Shown in pieces: positions 1 through 12,900 of a DNA stretch of 64,000 bases. The stretch covers positions 59,458,001-59,522,000 of the forward strand of contig NC_083283.1 of assembly GCF_963506605.1 (NCBI RefSeq), written 5' to 3'. The stretch is from Zootoca vivipara. Taxonomy: Eukaryota. The stretch's first letter is position 1. Each line of letters opens with the position of its first letter. Below the pieces are notes generated by a model. That model was not told the origin of the DNA and ran no database searches. It worked only from the letters and a program-made list of their open reading frames with translations. The translations under genes were made by a program, and so were the position numbers.

Positions 1-800
1 TTAAAATGTATCATGGGCCTGTTGAATATATCATGGGATTCACTTACTTCCCTTTAAAAATAACAGGAAATAGCCTCAATTTTGCACATAAAAATAAAGA
101 ATATAAAAACACCCAGTTGCATAATAGCAAAAGGAACATGAAGATTGGATTGAGAGCCATGTACAGAATAGAAGCCAAAAAGCAGGAACCCAAATGAATT
201 CAGGGAGTGGGAATGCTATTTTAGCATAGGAAGCCTAGAGAACAATCTACCAGATATACCAGATATGTCTATCAATAAAAATACACCAGAGTCCAATTAA
301 TTGAACAGAACCTTACTGGAGAACCCATGGAGCCAAGTAATGTTTCATGAACTGCCTTCTGGAGCCAGCCATCATGTCAGCATGGAGTCATTGCAATGCA
401 ATACCCCCAATACCCAACTCATGCATTTGCCCCAAAAGGATACCACGGTCAAGCTGCTGGGAGATCAAGAAGAATCAACAGCCATACTCTCCATTTCTAG
501 AAGGGACAAAGAGAAGGGAAGCAGAGTCCCTCCAGTGTACCTGCTGAGCAACCAACAACCTTTTGGTTGCTCCTCTCCTTAAACTGTTTCCATTTCACCT
601 GGTCTTTATACCTTTATAACCAAAATAGTGCACAAAATTGCTTTTTTCCTTCTCCCTCCCCATCACTTTTCCTTTTGTATTGTCGTCTAGATTTTGAACC
701 TGAAGGCAGGGACTGCCATATTATTTATCTCTGTAAACTGCTCTGAGTGCATTTTTCACTGAAGAAGTGCAAAAATACTTCAAATAAATAAGAATCTAGT

Positions 801-918
801 TTAATCCTTACAACAATCCTGTAATATTAGGATGAGAAAGAGCGGCTTGCCTAAGACAAGTTCTTGGCAGAGCAAGATTTGAGTGGGGAATTCCTGATCT
901 CATTCTGTTAGCCACAAT
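801..918 (-). mobile_element. Degenerate MIR/Squam3-like SINE fragment
   Basis: aatccttacaacaatcctgt...gcttgcctaag...ggcagagcaagatttga core resembles the SINE at 56800-57134. Confidence 0.4.
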
Positions 919-1452
919 GAAACCAACAGTCTTGTCTCAACAGTTCTGATGAAAATGAAAACTTCTCCACAATTCTGAAAATGTGTGATCCAAGAACTAC
1001 ATAACAAAAATAAACAGCTAAATGGGAACATGTATTTTTGCATGCTACAAGAAAATATAAAAATTGGAAACTATTACTTTACATGCCATTACACTCCAGA
1101 GAAGTAATTTGTTTCCCGCCCTACTACAAACCTGATTTAAGACTAATGTACAGTATGCATTTACTTTGTTAGGGTATTATAATATTTTGCAAGGAGATGG
1201 CTTGGTCTGGAAAATTTTCCAAAATGTATTTAACTTGTGGAGAGCCACGATGTCCTGATTAGGGCTGCATGAACAACTTTCTGGATCTCTTTAACTCAAT
1301 GGCAAAATTTCACTAACTTCAACTGAACCACAAGTTTTTACTGTGTTTGCAGACTGGCAATGCTATGTTAATGGGTGTAGCTGCTTCAAGAAAACTGTGG
1401 TAAAAGAGTAACTGATCCTAGAAGGCATCATGCCCAATATGCAGAGTTGAAC

Positions 1453-1454
<2 letters not shown>

Positions 1455-1497
<43 letters not shown>
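1455..1497. repeat. (AC)n microsatellite, about 21 units
   Basis: Directly visible. Confidence 0.97.
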
Positions 1498-1498
<1 letters not shown>

Positions 1499-4281
1499 CT
1501 CATCACCACAAGTATGAAAGCAATGCCTCACCATAATGGTATAAAGCTGATGGTTTGCAGAAGGAAACTTGCAGGCAGAAATGTTCAGGAGACAGAAGAT
1601 TAAATCCACAGTATGAATAACAATATATAGGAAAAAGCCTAATATTTACCATTGTCCAGATGCATAGAGGGGAATCTCACCTTTCTCCTGTGCTTTGGCA
1701 GTTAATAGAGTTGCAAGCAGTCCAGGATTTCTTTTCGCTGGTTACAGCTTGCTTCTTATTTTAGAAATGCAGCCATTTCTTCCATGCAGCAGATATAGAA
1801 ACCAATGACAGCTTCAGGTAACGTCTCAAAAAATCTCTTTCTGCAGCTACATAGTCCTTTTTAAACTCTTGTTTGCCTTCTATACTCCCTTTCACCCTAA
1901 CTTATCACCCTTCTATATTTTCCAGAGGAGCTGCAGTTCACAATCTGCATACCTCAGCAGTCTTAGGCAACCTATTACTGGGATTTCTTTGCCACATGTA
2001 TTTGGTTTGGGTAGTGAATAGTGCAATTGCTCCTCCAGCAACTGGCCTAGTCTGAAGAAGGGTTTTACAACTTCAACAGTCTGCTCACTGCAATTGATAG
2101 AGGCGGTTTGTGTCAGAAGGCACCTCCTCCTTCTCCTCCTCCTCCTCTTCCTACAAAAGGCAAATTCATTCTGCATTTCAGGAGTAGAGTGTTAGGAAGA
2201 GTCTGTCTATTAAGGATTGCCACAGCTACTGTGTGTTGGGGTGTGGAATAAGGAACCTCACCCTCATAAGAAAGGAATCCTGTGTACTCACTGCATTTAA
2301 TATATATCCAGCAAATATTTAATATATGGGTACTCATAAGAACTGCACAGAAAAACAGAAAACAGAACGAACCTGTAAAATATAGTTATCTCTGTTTTGC
2401 AATAAAAGAAACAAATTTGAAATATTCTTTGTCTGTACAGTAGTTTATAAATGTAACCAGACTTACAGAGGAATATTATTGTAGCCAATTCACAGGTGAT
2501 TTGATACAAATAAATGTTTACATATTTTTTTACAGGCAACTTTCCCAGAATTAAGAGCATAAAGCTTGCAGGAACTTTAACATAAAAGCCAGCCACTTTT
2601 TAGTTTAATTAGTATCATGATTTGCACACCATACAAATACATAATTAACTTCAAAATGCTATGAAGACTGATGCCATTGTATGAATCCAGCCTGGAAGAG
2701 AAGTTAGCATTTCCGATCCATCAAAGTAAATGAAATAAATACCATTCTAACGTTCTTAGGTGCAACAGCAATCCATTATTTGATACCCTGGCTTGTCAAT
2801 AAACCGTTAGAACAAAGCAGTTCTCAAAGTTTAGGCATAATGGAAAACTGTGGTTAATTCCAAAGCAAAGGCTTCCAGATCTTCCCCTTACATGTGCAAA
2901 GGACAAGGGGGGAAGTGTGCGAACACAAAGATTGTGCAGGCTCATTCTTATGTTTGGTAGCTATGACTGAACTAGACTTGTGTCTTATTATGTGAGACCA
3001 GCAACATAACAATATATGAAGTCGAGAGTTACACAACTCACTCAACTCTTCTCTTGATCATGCAGTTTAGATGCATTTAACCTTACGTACACAATTTGAC
3101 CATGAGCCCAACAGGCTTCCTCATTACAGACTGTATTATCCATTACGAATGCGTAATGTTCCCCATGCAAGTACAAGCTGCTACTGTTGCTCCATACACA
3201 CAACTCTATATCGTGATTTTAAACTTTTGTTTCATCACAATACTCCTCAGTCTTTGAAGATACGATAACCTAAATTTTAACTTAGCTTTTTATTCCACAG
3301 TACCTACCATAATCACTATCTACTGTCCTTGTTACTTTAGGCAGAGCTCCATTTACAGAGTTGCACGTTGGCATTCAAGATAACAGCAGCCTCTATCTGG
3401 AATTGTTCAGTTTTAGATTTCAGTTTAGTTTTTTACATACCCATCTTGATGTGTATTTTGCCCTTTGGACTGGAAGGAGGAGCTGGAGGTCAGTGGAGTT
3501 TTTGCTAGTGTGTGCTTGATCAGTCAATAGTTAGAAGTAATACTTATTTTTAATTACATTTCTATAAACTATCAACAGAAACAAAACACATTTATTCCAA
3601 CAATGAGAAATGTATCTCAGTTGTTCTCTGTAAGACATAATTCACCATGAATAAAAAGAATAACTGTTTCTAAAAGCGCAATCCTATTTAGATGTGTGTA
3701 GTTCAGAGGGACTTAATCCTAGAAAGTAGATATTGGACCACAGTGTGAATGGAGCCAAGTTTCATAGGTTTTATTATATAAATAATAAATATTACAAAGA
3801 GTTACTAACATGGTTTTTAACATGACCACTAGCCCACAGTACCTCTTACTGACAATTCTGCTGAGGATATTTCATGCATCTGTACATTTTGTAGAATCTT
3901 CCATCTAATCTTACTTTCGAAGGCAGGGATATTGAAGACTGCATCATTTTGACACCTGTAAACAAAAACAAGTGCCCAAGTAGATCAGACACATTCAGTG
4001 ACGTACATTGCACACAGATGTATTGCCTTTCATTCACCCAATAACTTACCCATATACTACAGTATATCAATTCTACCCTGTTTTCTCTCTTGCACTCCCA
4101 CCTCTCCTTGCGAGTCCATTTCTTTTAATATAGAAACGGGAAGGTTTTCAATGGAAATATTTGTTATTAATGTTATGAGTCACACTGGGGATTATGGTAA
4201 AAAAGCAGTATACAGATCTAAAAAGAAATACAATACATAGTTGATTCCAATTCTGAACGCGGCTGCAGGAGCACTATAGAA

Positions 4282-4367
4282 TTTAATGTATTTTTAATAT
4301 TTTGTTGGAAGCCACCCAGTGGCTGGGGAAACCCAGCCAGATGGGCGGGGTATAAATAATAAATAAT
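4282..4367 (+). mobile_element. Short 3' end of an L2-clade LINE
   Basis: gtggctggggaaacccagccagatgggcggggtataaataataaataa, reverse-complement match to the tail of the L2 copy at 26587-26990. Confidence 0.7.
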
Positions 4368-4429
4368 ACGTTGTTGTTGTTGTTGGTAGATTTTACAGAT
4401 CGGTGGCAATATGGACACGGGGTTTTCTC

Positions 4430-5460
4430 TCTATGCTTAGTGCGCCTGAGCTTGCAGGAGAACCAGAGCTCTCGTGGGCTACACTCTGGTCCCTTTCCTC
4501 TTCTGGAGTTGCAAACGAGCTTTCGTCTTGCGGCTGCTTTAAAAACAACAACTATTCGGACGGGCCCCCAAACCACAGCAGCAAGCATGCTCGAGGGCGC
4601 CACCATGGCAACTTCCGAACCGCCCCCGCCCCCAACTGCACGCATGCTCCGTAGAGCATCAGAAACCACCCTTTCACTCAGTTCGCGGCGCGACGCCTTT
4701 CCTTTCTGCCCGTCAGTTTCTCAAAACCCCGCCTCACACGCCAGACGTCCCGAGCACCGATTGGCCAGCGATTTCCCGCTTCCTTCTTCCCCTTTGACAA
4801 CCCGCCATTTTGAAACGTTGTTGATTTTTATTATTTTTTTCCTGTGGAAGCGTGAGCAACAGCGCTACAGCCTCACGTCTGGTCCCGCCCCCCCTCCTTA
4901 AGTCTCTACCAGCCGCTGGTCTTGTTACCTGAGGGGTGGTGGGTTCCCCCACCTTCTGTCCGCCATCGTTTCTGCTGCTACCGCCACTTTCTCAGAAGAG
5001 CCCCGAGGTGTCCGTCTCGCGACGAGGTGGGTGTTCCGTTGCTCCCGCGATAACGGTCGAAGGCGAGGTCCTAACGGCCTGGGTGGCGGTTTCGAACGCC
5101 CAGGAAGCGACGTTTGCCGCGCGCAGCCGGCTCTGTGGAAACGGTTAAGAAGGCAGGGAGCCTCCTTGCTCGGAGACTGACAATATTTCTTTTCCCTCCG
5201 CCCGGCCTTGACGTCTCTTCAGCGTTTCCCGCCGGAATCCCCTGGCTTGACATCATTACCCTTGTGGGGCGCTTAACCGTTTACTTAAACTGAGGGGCAG
5301 ATTGAACACTTAGGGGGAGGGGGCGGGATGAAGGCTACTTCTCTTTCTCTGTCTTCTTCTGCCTCGTCCCCCCCCCCAAAACCCCGGAGCTTATAAATCC
5401 TTAAGGAAGAGATGGTTGGAGAATGGAGTCGCGTTTGTTTTGCCAGCGGGATCCTTTCAA
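4430..5460. promoter_or_regulatory. CpG-island promoter and non-coding first exon region of DEK
   Basis: High GC and CpG density. Motifs: ETS-like ACTTCCG (4611), GC boxes (4620-4633), inverted CCAAT ATTGG (4760-4764), E2F TTTCCCGC (4772-4779), YY1 CCGCCATTTT (4802-4811). Candidate donors at 4852 (gtgagc) and 5027 (gtgggt). Confidence 0.85.
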
Positions 5461-6724
5461 AATGTGCCGTTTTGCTCGGAGTTTCTATAGTGCTTAAACA
5501 AAAAGCAACAGAAACTTCCCCCCTCCCCAACAACAACCCGTATTCCAGAAACGTCACTGCTTTAGTTTGTTTTAGGAAGAAGAAAGAACAGCAGTCCTAG
5601 AAAGACCAGCATGAGTTTGAATTGATTAGAACCCACCTGTTCGGGTGCATAAAGTGGCTTCCGTGTGCTGGTGGATTTGTATAGGTGTATGCAAAAGTTT
5701 AAATAGAAACTTCACATAATGGGGTGAAACACATACAGTACAGCACGTTTTGTTTTGACCTCTGGGTGGGCTTCAAATATTTTTGGTTGAAGTAGGGATA
5801 TGATCCAAGTTAGTGTTGGTGCATGGAAACATAAGACAGTTGTCATTCTACTACATACCTTATTTATGGGGCATCAAATTATGCCTGCACCACACACTAT
5901 TAACATAATGTGTGATCTTGTAGAATAGAAGATTTCCAAGATTGTTTACCTCCTTCCTTTTGTGAAATCTTGTTAAAAGGACATGCCTCGTTCTGTTTAT
6001 GTCACTGGGGGCCTGTAACTAAGAATCCATGTTGAAATCCAGCGCTCAAAATAATTTCTGTAAAGTGTATACAGTTTATTTTGCAAGCACATGTTCAGCT
6101 TGCATGCTTTAGTCAGTGTCCAATATTTGCATACTTCTGAACTTGGCCCCCAGAACTATATCACTGGATTACAGGTAGTAAGTGTGGGCATAAAAGCGAG
6201 AGAAGACCATGAGGAATAAGTAGCCATACAGATCACAAGAACTTGACTCTTGCCTTCTTCAGATGCTGCCTGTATTTTTATGTCATTAAAACTAGTTTTT
6301 AAAAAGTTTCTTTTTAACAAAGGACGCTATAGCTAGATTTGTGTAAAATTGCAGAGGATTAAACACACTTATGTATAATCAGTTGTATGGGGGGGAAATT
6401 CCTTATCAGAAGAAGTTGCTTACTCCCAACTTCCGTAAAAGTATTTTCATTTGTCCTCCAGCCCTAGTTTTTATTTTGTGGCATATTTATTAGCCATATG
6501 TTGTATCTGATACATAAGGCAGTTGATGTAAACTTATAGTAAAACAGTCACACACCTGTTAACAATGTGGTATATGATAACTCCTTCCTTAATAAGCTTG
6601 CTGTTAGGGAGAATTCCTTTCCATGTTGCAAGAATGATGGAAGGGCACACGGTCAAATGTTATTTTATAGCAAAGTCATATTGACATTATATTTCCCCTG
6701 TGTTTTTATGCAGAAGAACCAACC

Positions 6725-6845
6725 ATGTCATCTGTAACTGAAAAAGATGGTTCACTGTCTGCTGAACAAAGAGAAGAAAGAGAACCAGAAGCTGAGGACA
6801 AAGTTGAAGATAGTGAGGAGGAGGACGAGGAGGACGAGGAAAAAG
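6725..6845 (+). CDS. DEK: DEK coding exon 1 (acceptor at 6713, ATG 6725)
   Basis: ttatgcag|aagaaccaaccATG; MSSVTEKDG...EEDEEK; donor AAG|gtagaa. Confidence 0.9.
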
Positions 6846-9800
6846 GTAGAAAAACGCTGACGTGAAGGAACACTAGAACTTACACTAAGCTAAATATTTA
6901 GGTCAAGATCAAAATATCGTGCAGCAGGACATTTTAGAAAGCTCTCCAGATGTAGTCCCTTGCCCACATCCAAGCAAAAATACTCTAGAATGGAGTCCAA
7001 CATAATGTGAAGAGCTGCAGCTGGGGGGGGGGACATTTTCCCCTCAATGTCCAGTATCAGATGGCACTGGAGATGAAACATTTTTACAGATGCATTTATG
7101 GAAAATTAGTTTTAAAAAATCTTTGAGTATGCTGTAAAATTATATGCACACTCTGTTTTTAATAATGATAATAAAAAATGGTAGCTCTTCTAACTGAGAT
7201 CAAACTGTAACCTTCTGAGATGATGTTTGGGTTGCTTTTTTCTAGTAATTTAGAGCATTAATAAGTTATGGGCAGCTCTGCAGAGAGGACAGATTCACTT
7301 GGGGCTCAGAAAAAGGTAGGAGAGCCAAGAAGGACAAGTAGACAGTATTGCAAAGTGGATAGTATTGCATAGGTGATGAAGAATGAGCACTTATTCACCT
7401 TCCTCTTATTTTTATTTAGGAACAGTGATCTGTTCATATGAACTTTATGTTGCATGTGAGTAGGGTTTTAACGCACCTAGGTTACATGATTTGTTTATTT
7501 ACTTATAAAAAATCTTGATATCTTTTCTGCCTCAAATAGAGGCACCCAACCTGACTGACACATTATTGCAATCAATATTTGTACTTTTCTTTTTAACAAA
7601 TTTTGTGATTGCTAGTTTGTGCTCACAGTTGTATACCAGTATTAGGCAAAATGGTGATCAATAATCTGGTTTGATAGTCATTTTACAGTCCTTATACATA
7701 TATATTTTACTGGATTGTAAGCTTTAGGTAATTAGAGTTTAAATAGTTCTGTGTATAAATAAAGGTGACCTGAGCTGTTTCTCTTCCTCATTGTGTTTTG
7801 CATTATTCCAGTTCTGGTGGTTACTTCCTTTGTTTCAGGGTCCAGATACTGAAAAGTATGATGAGTGGCTTGCTGATACTACTCCTATCTAGTTTCTCAA
7901 TTTTAATTAGAATCTGTGCAGACATGTTTGTTCATAGAGGGACTAGTTTTCTGAGGTCAATACATATTTTATTAACATATACTTTCTGTCGGATCTAGCA
8001 AATATTTCCTGTTAGTTGGATAATGAAGAATGAAGTAGAGTCAGTCAGGAGTGTAAGTCTCCTTTCCAGATCCAAGTTTGAACACTTGTTCATAAATTGC
8101 CATTTCAATTCTTCTCAATTACAATGCTTCACAGTGCTTGGAGGAGGTTGCGTTTTCTTATATGACTAGAGAGAAGGGTTGTTATATATTTATTTTAACA
8201 AGTAAAATGAGTACTACATTTAGTGAACCTTCAGAAATATTCCAGCCTGAAATTCCCTGTTTCAGTGTGTAAATTGTCACAGGTGTAGTAGCAGATCTAT
8301 AAATCTCCATGGCAGATCTGTAGCCCAACACTAATTTGGTACAGTTTTGGGTGTTCCCAGAATGTTTCTTAGAATATTAAATATGTACTTTTGATCTATA
8401 GGTCTGTTTTTTCTATATGATAACTAACTGTGTTTCAAAATTTTATACATAATTTTCTACTTCAGAAAAGAGTCTCATTGTTGAAGGAAAAAGAGAAAAG
8501 AAAAAAGTAGAAAGATTGACCATGCAAGTTTCTTCATTACAGAAAGAACCTTTTACAATTACACCAGGCAAGTTATTTTTTGCATACTGTATATTGAGCA
8601 TGAGTTATCTTTACATGTTTTTAAGTAGCAAGTACTTAGAACTCATCTTGTTCCAAATAATTCCAAGTAATAATAATACCAATTTTATTATTTACATGCA
8701 ACCCATCTGATTTGGTTGCATTGGAGCCATTATTTCAAAATGTTGAAATTCTTGTCTAAATTTAATTCAACACTTGACTGCCTTTCAAGCAGAAGCATGT
8801 TAGGTAGTCTTAAGGAGGACCCATACAAAAAATTATATTAAAAAAAACAACATATCCACAGCCCCTGTCAAAAAAATTATACAACAATACTGATCATTTA
8901 AATATATCTGACTGATAACTATAACCATAACCTCATAAGTGTAATCTAGTAACTATTAGTAAGCATTAATGTTGTTAAATAGACTAACGTAATATATTTT
9001 CCCTTTCAGGAAAGGGACAAAAACTTTGTGAAATTGAAAGAATACAGTACTTTTTAAGCAAGAAGAAAACAGATGAACTTCGAAATCTACACAAACTTCT
9101 ATACAACAGACCAGGCACAGTAAGCTTAGAAAACGCTATCAAATTGTTTTGAAAATGTCATGAAATATAGAATGGCCTTGTTTCTGAAGGCTGAGACTCT
9201 TTAAAGTCCTAAGATGGAAATAAATTCCATTTAAATCAGTGGAGTGGGTTTTCCAATAGCTGATTTGGATTTGAAAACTACATTTCAAGGCCTTACTTGT
9301 GCTTCCTGGAATTATTATATTTTTTTCTTTGAGCTTTTGATCCTATACAAAGGGTATTTGAAACTCCCATCTGTTCAAAAACAATTTGCCATGTGGTGGT
9401 TACAGTGGAGGTTGCTTTTTGGAAATAAAGTGAGTCCAAATAGCTCTTTGTCTTACAAAGCTAGATGTAGTCATTTGGATCCTATCCAGTTGTCTTTGGA
9501 ATGGAGCCTTTACACTTTGGAATAGAGTCTTTACACTTTAATTTGCCGTCGTTCCCATTTGAATATTCATTTTTTTCTCAATAATCCTGAGATTGATAAA
9601 TGTAGAGTCTGCTGGTGCTAGAAGTTACTGGCACAATCCTGTCTTTGCTCAAGGTCTTAAGCCTGTTTTTGATTCTCACATTCCATCCTTGTTTTGTTTG
9701 AAATTGCTGCTAAAACAAGTGGCCCTGTAACAAACTATTGCATTGTGTAGTGCTCCTGTTCAGGGTTGCAGCCACATCACTTTCCAGGAAACTCTATTCT

Positions 9801-9887
9801 CCCTCCCTCAGATTTGCATTCTTCTCCCACCACCACACCTCCCAGTGGTCAGCATTCTATGGTTAACTGGGTTGTTTTGGAGTCTGC

Positions 9888-9933
<46 letters not shown>

Positions 9934-12900
9934 TTGCATGTAGACCTTGGTTTTCCCAAGCCCGCTGATACCTCCCTCTTGGGCATTAATGATACCATTT
10001 TGACTACATTAAAATCTACAAGAAGAATTATTTCGCTAAGGGCTTTGTCTAGCACTGCACATGTGGACTTATGCTTCCACAAGGCCACTTGAGCTCCCTT
10101 CCCTCCTGCACCCCCCTAAAATCTGCTCTGGGTTGTCCTCCAACCCTCTGGAGCAGATTTTGAGGTCATGTAGGGGGAGAGAAGAAGTTGAACTTGTTGA
10201 AAGCAAGCTTGTTCTGCTCATGCATAGAAATGGTTATGTACATAGGATATAATAGGCCTTCTAATATAGTTTGTCTATTACTTTTCTAACATTTTTATTT
10301 GTAAAATGCTTAAGCTTATCTTGGTTATTAAGAGCAAAATTGCTTTATGAACTGCTTTTTAAATACTTTAATTACCTGTATAATTTGTCAATTGAATCCA
10401 AATCTGTCTATATAGAAAATAGCTTCCATGCAACATATTCCATACAAACTTAGCAACATTTCAGTACATATTTTTACTTGTCTTTTGTTTGTTTTTTTAA
10501 AAATATAGTGTACCTTTTGTTTCTCATGAATGTGATTATTTGCAGCACGTAGCAGCTTGCTGTCTTACAGAAATTGAGGGAGGTTCTTCATGAAAAATTC
10601 CTTATAAGATAAGGGTATATGAGCTGTTTTAACATTTGCTCTTACTGTATTTATTTCATACATAATTAGGTAGTTATATTCAAAGGTGAGCAAAATTTTA
10701 TATGCTAATCTTGTAGCCTTGTTTATAGGCTACAAATTTGCAGTGCTCCTTCAGCGGCAACTTGATGTTCACTGTGCTGTCTGGCTGAGCACCCTTCCCA
10801 ACTTTACCTTTGAATTGATTCCATAATTGTCATGTGTCAGAAGATCAGCACAACTGCCTCAACAATGCAGGGATACTTTCTTCTCTTTCCATGCTGTACT
10901 TACTGTGGTCTTCAAAGATAGGGGAAATGTTGCATCCTGTTTCTCTTGAATTTTCTGTTGACGAAAACTTGTTCTAAGCCCTAGTTGAACTGCTTTGGAT
11001 CAAGACTTGCCTTTCCACAAATAAAAATAATTTTATCAATTTGCAGAAGGGACTCTGGTCCAGTGGAGGATACCCACTGAAGGGGAAAGGTAATTTTTAC
11101 TCATTTCCCCTGCTGTAGACTTCCCTGCTTTTTTGGAGGATCCCTCAACCCTAAGGATCAATTTTCAGGGAATTGCAGGAGGGGGGGTTAGTGAATTTTA
11201 CCTCCACCACCTCCTTCAGTGGAAACATCATGTAAGCAGAATTCCACTTGCAGCAAGTTAGAGTCAACCCACTGTAACTACACAAAAATTAATTCACAAA
11301 TTTCAGTAGCAGAGGTTTCTTCAGTAGCAGGCTGGTATTAGAATAAAACAATTTCTTTTGTTATAAAACCAAAGATTGGCTGATAATGCAAATACCACTC
11401 TAAAATGCATGTTATTGTGTTCTATTTTAGGTTGCTTCATTAAAGAAGAATGTGGGCCAGTTCAGTGGCTTTCCATTTGAAAAAGGAAGTGACCAATATA
11501 AGAAAAAGGAAGAGATGTTGAAAAAGTAACCTTTTAAAACTTTTTAGTATGATCAAGTTTCATTATTTATGTTAATACATGCATTTTAAATCTTGAGCAG
11601 AGCAACTGCTTCAAGCCTGGTTTGTTATCCCTGCACATTTCAGTTAGTAACTTCAGCATATAAGTATTCTGTTTCAAACCATATTCCTAAACATTACTGA
11701 AGTTTTAGGAAGGATAGTTTTATATTTGACATGTGAACATTTTATGTCTAAAATGAATGGGTTTACTGGTGCTGAATTGTTTCTAATTAACTATTTAGTT
11801 AAGATACAAGTGAATATCTTGTTCAATAAAATATTGCTATTTTCATGCACAAACTTGAGGAAAGTTAAGCACATAAATATTGGTGATTTTTCTAATTGTT
11901 GAGTTCCACATACTTAATTTTCCTCCTTGAAATTAAAAGCACTTAAATGTGCATACCTTTGGCTAAATTGTGCCCCCAACATTCAATTCAAACTTAAAGT
12001 TCTCTGCCACTTTAATATTTGTGCAGTACTTTCCAGCACTTCCCTCTAGATGGAGAGGGCATAAGCTGCTACAAGTATACTTAGGCTGACTTGTGGTCAG
12101 TAGCGTAGTAAGATAGAGGCGGTGGGGGCAGGGCGCCCCGGGCAGCGCAATCCCAGGGATGCCATCACGGCTGCCCGCCCCCAAAACGCGCATCCTACCC
12201 CTGCACGCGGCGCGCCCCATCCCTGGGGACAGTGCGCCTGCTCTCCACCACTGCTTGTGGTAAAGATAGCAACCCACAGAAGCTGCCCTTCCATTATCAT
12301 GCAGACTTTTTTAGACAATGGTGGCATAATCAAGTTGGTAAATAGGGGTTGGCTGTAACTTCTGAAGGGTGAATTTTATTCCTAAGGGCCTGCACAGCTT
12401 TCTCGGTTGTTGCACCATTGATCTTTGTGTAAACTATAAAAGCTATACTGTGGCTTCTTTCTACCGACAAAAATTTGAGAATCCTTATGAGAATTTGATA
12501 ATCCCTTTGAACTCTTTCTTTGAATTCTGTCCTTAGCTGTAAAATATTTCTTACCTGCTTGGTTGGTATTTCTAGTTTTATTATAAGTACTGGTTTAATA
12601 AGATGGGACATGCAATCATTGAAGAAATATTGTCAAAATGTCAGTTGCGTTTCTATGGTTTCTTTAATTTTTGTGAGTTGCCTTGAGTTTTGAAAAATCA
12701 AAAAGCGGAGTATAAATAATAAATTAATCAATTGTATACTTGTAAGATATAGTTGAAAGCGTAGGTAGTCAACTAAACTGTCTCTTTGCTCCTGTGTATT
12801 AAGATCAACTTTTATCAGCTAATTTTAATAAAGGGTATTTCTCTCTAGGTACAGAAATGCAATGCTGAAAAGTATATGTGAAGTTCTTGATTTGGAAAGA

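Noticed and set aside
4371-4901. 176-aa ORF over the DEK promoter
   Set aside because: Starts at a TTG in a (TTG)n tract and crosses the CpG island; no recognisable protein.
10030-11275. Related degenerate segments (cctccaaccctctggagcagatttt-like) near 10030-10260 and 11040-11275, echoed near 40190-40450 and 50160-50350
   Set aside because: Probably old interspersed repeats of one family, but too diverged to fix boundaries or family by eye.
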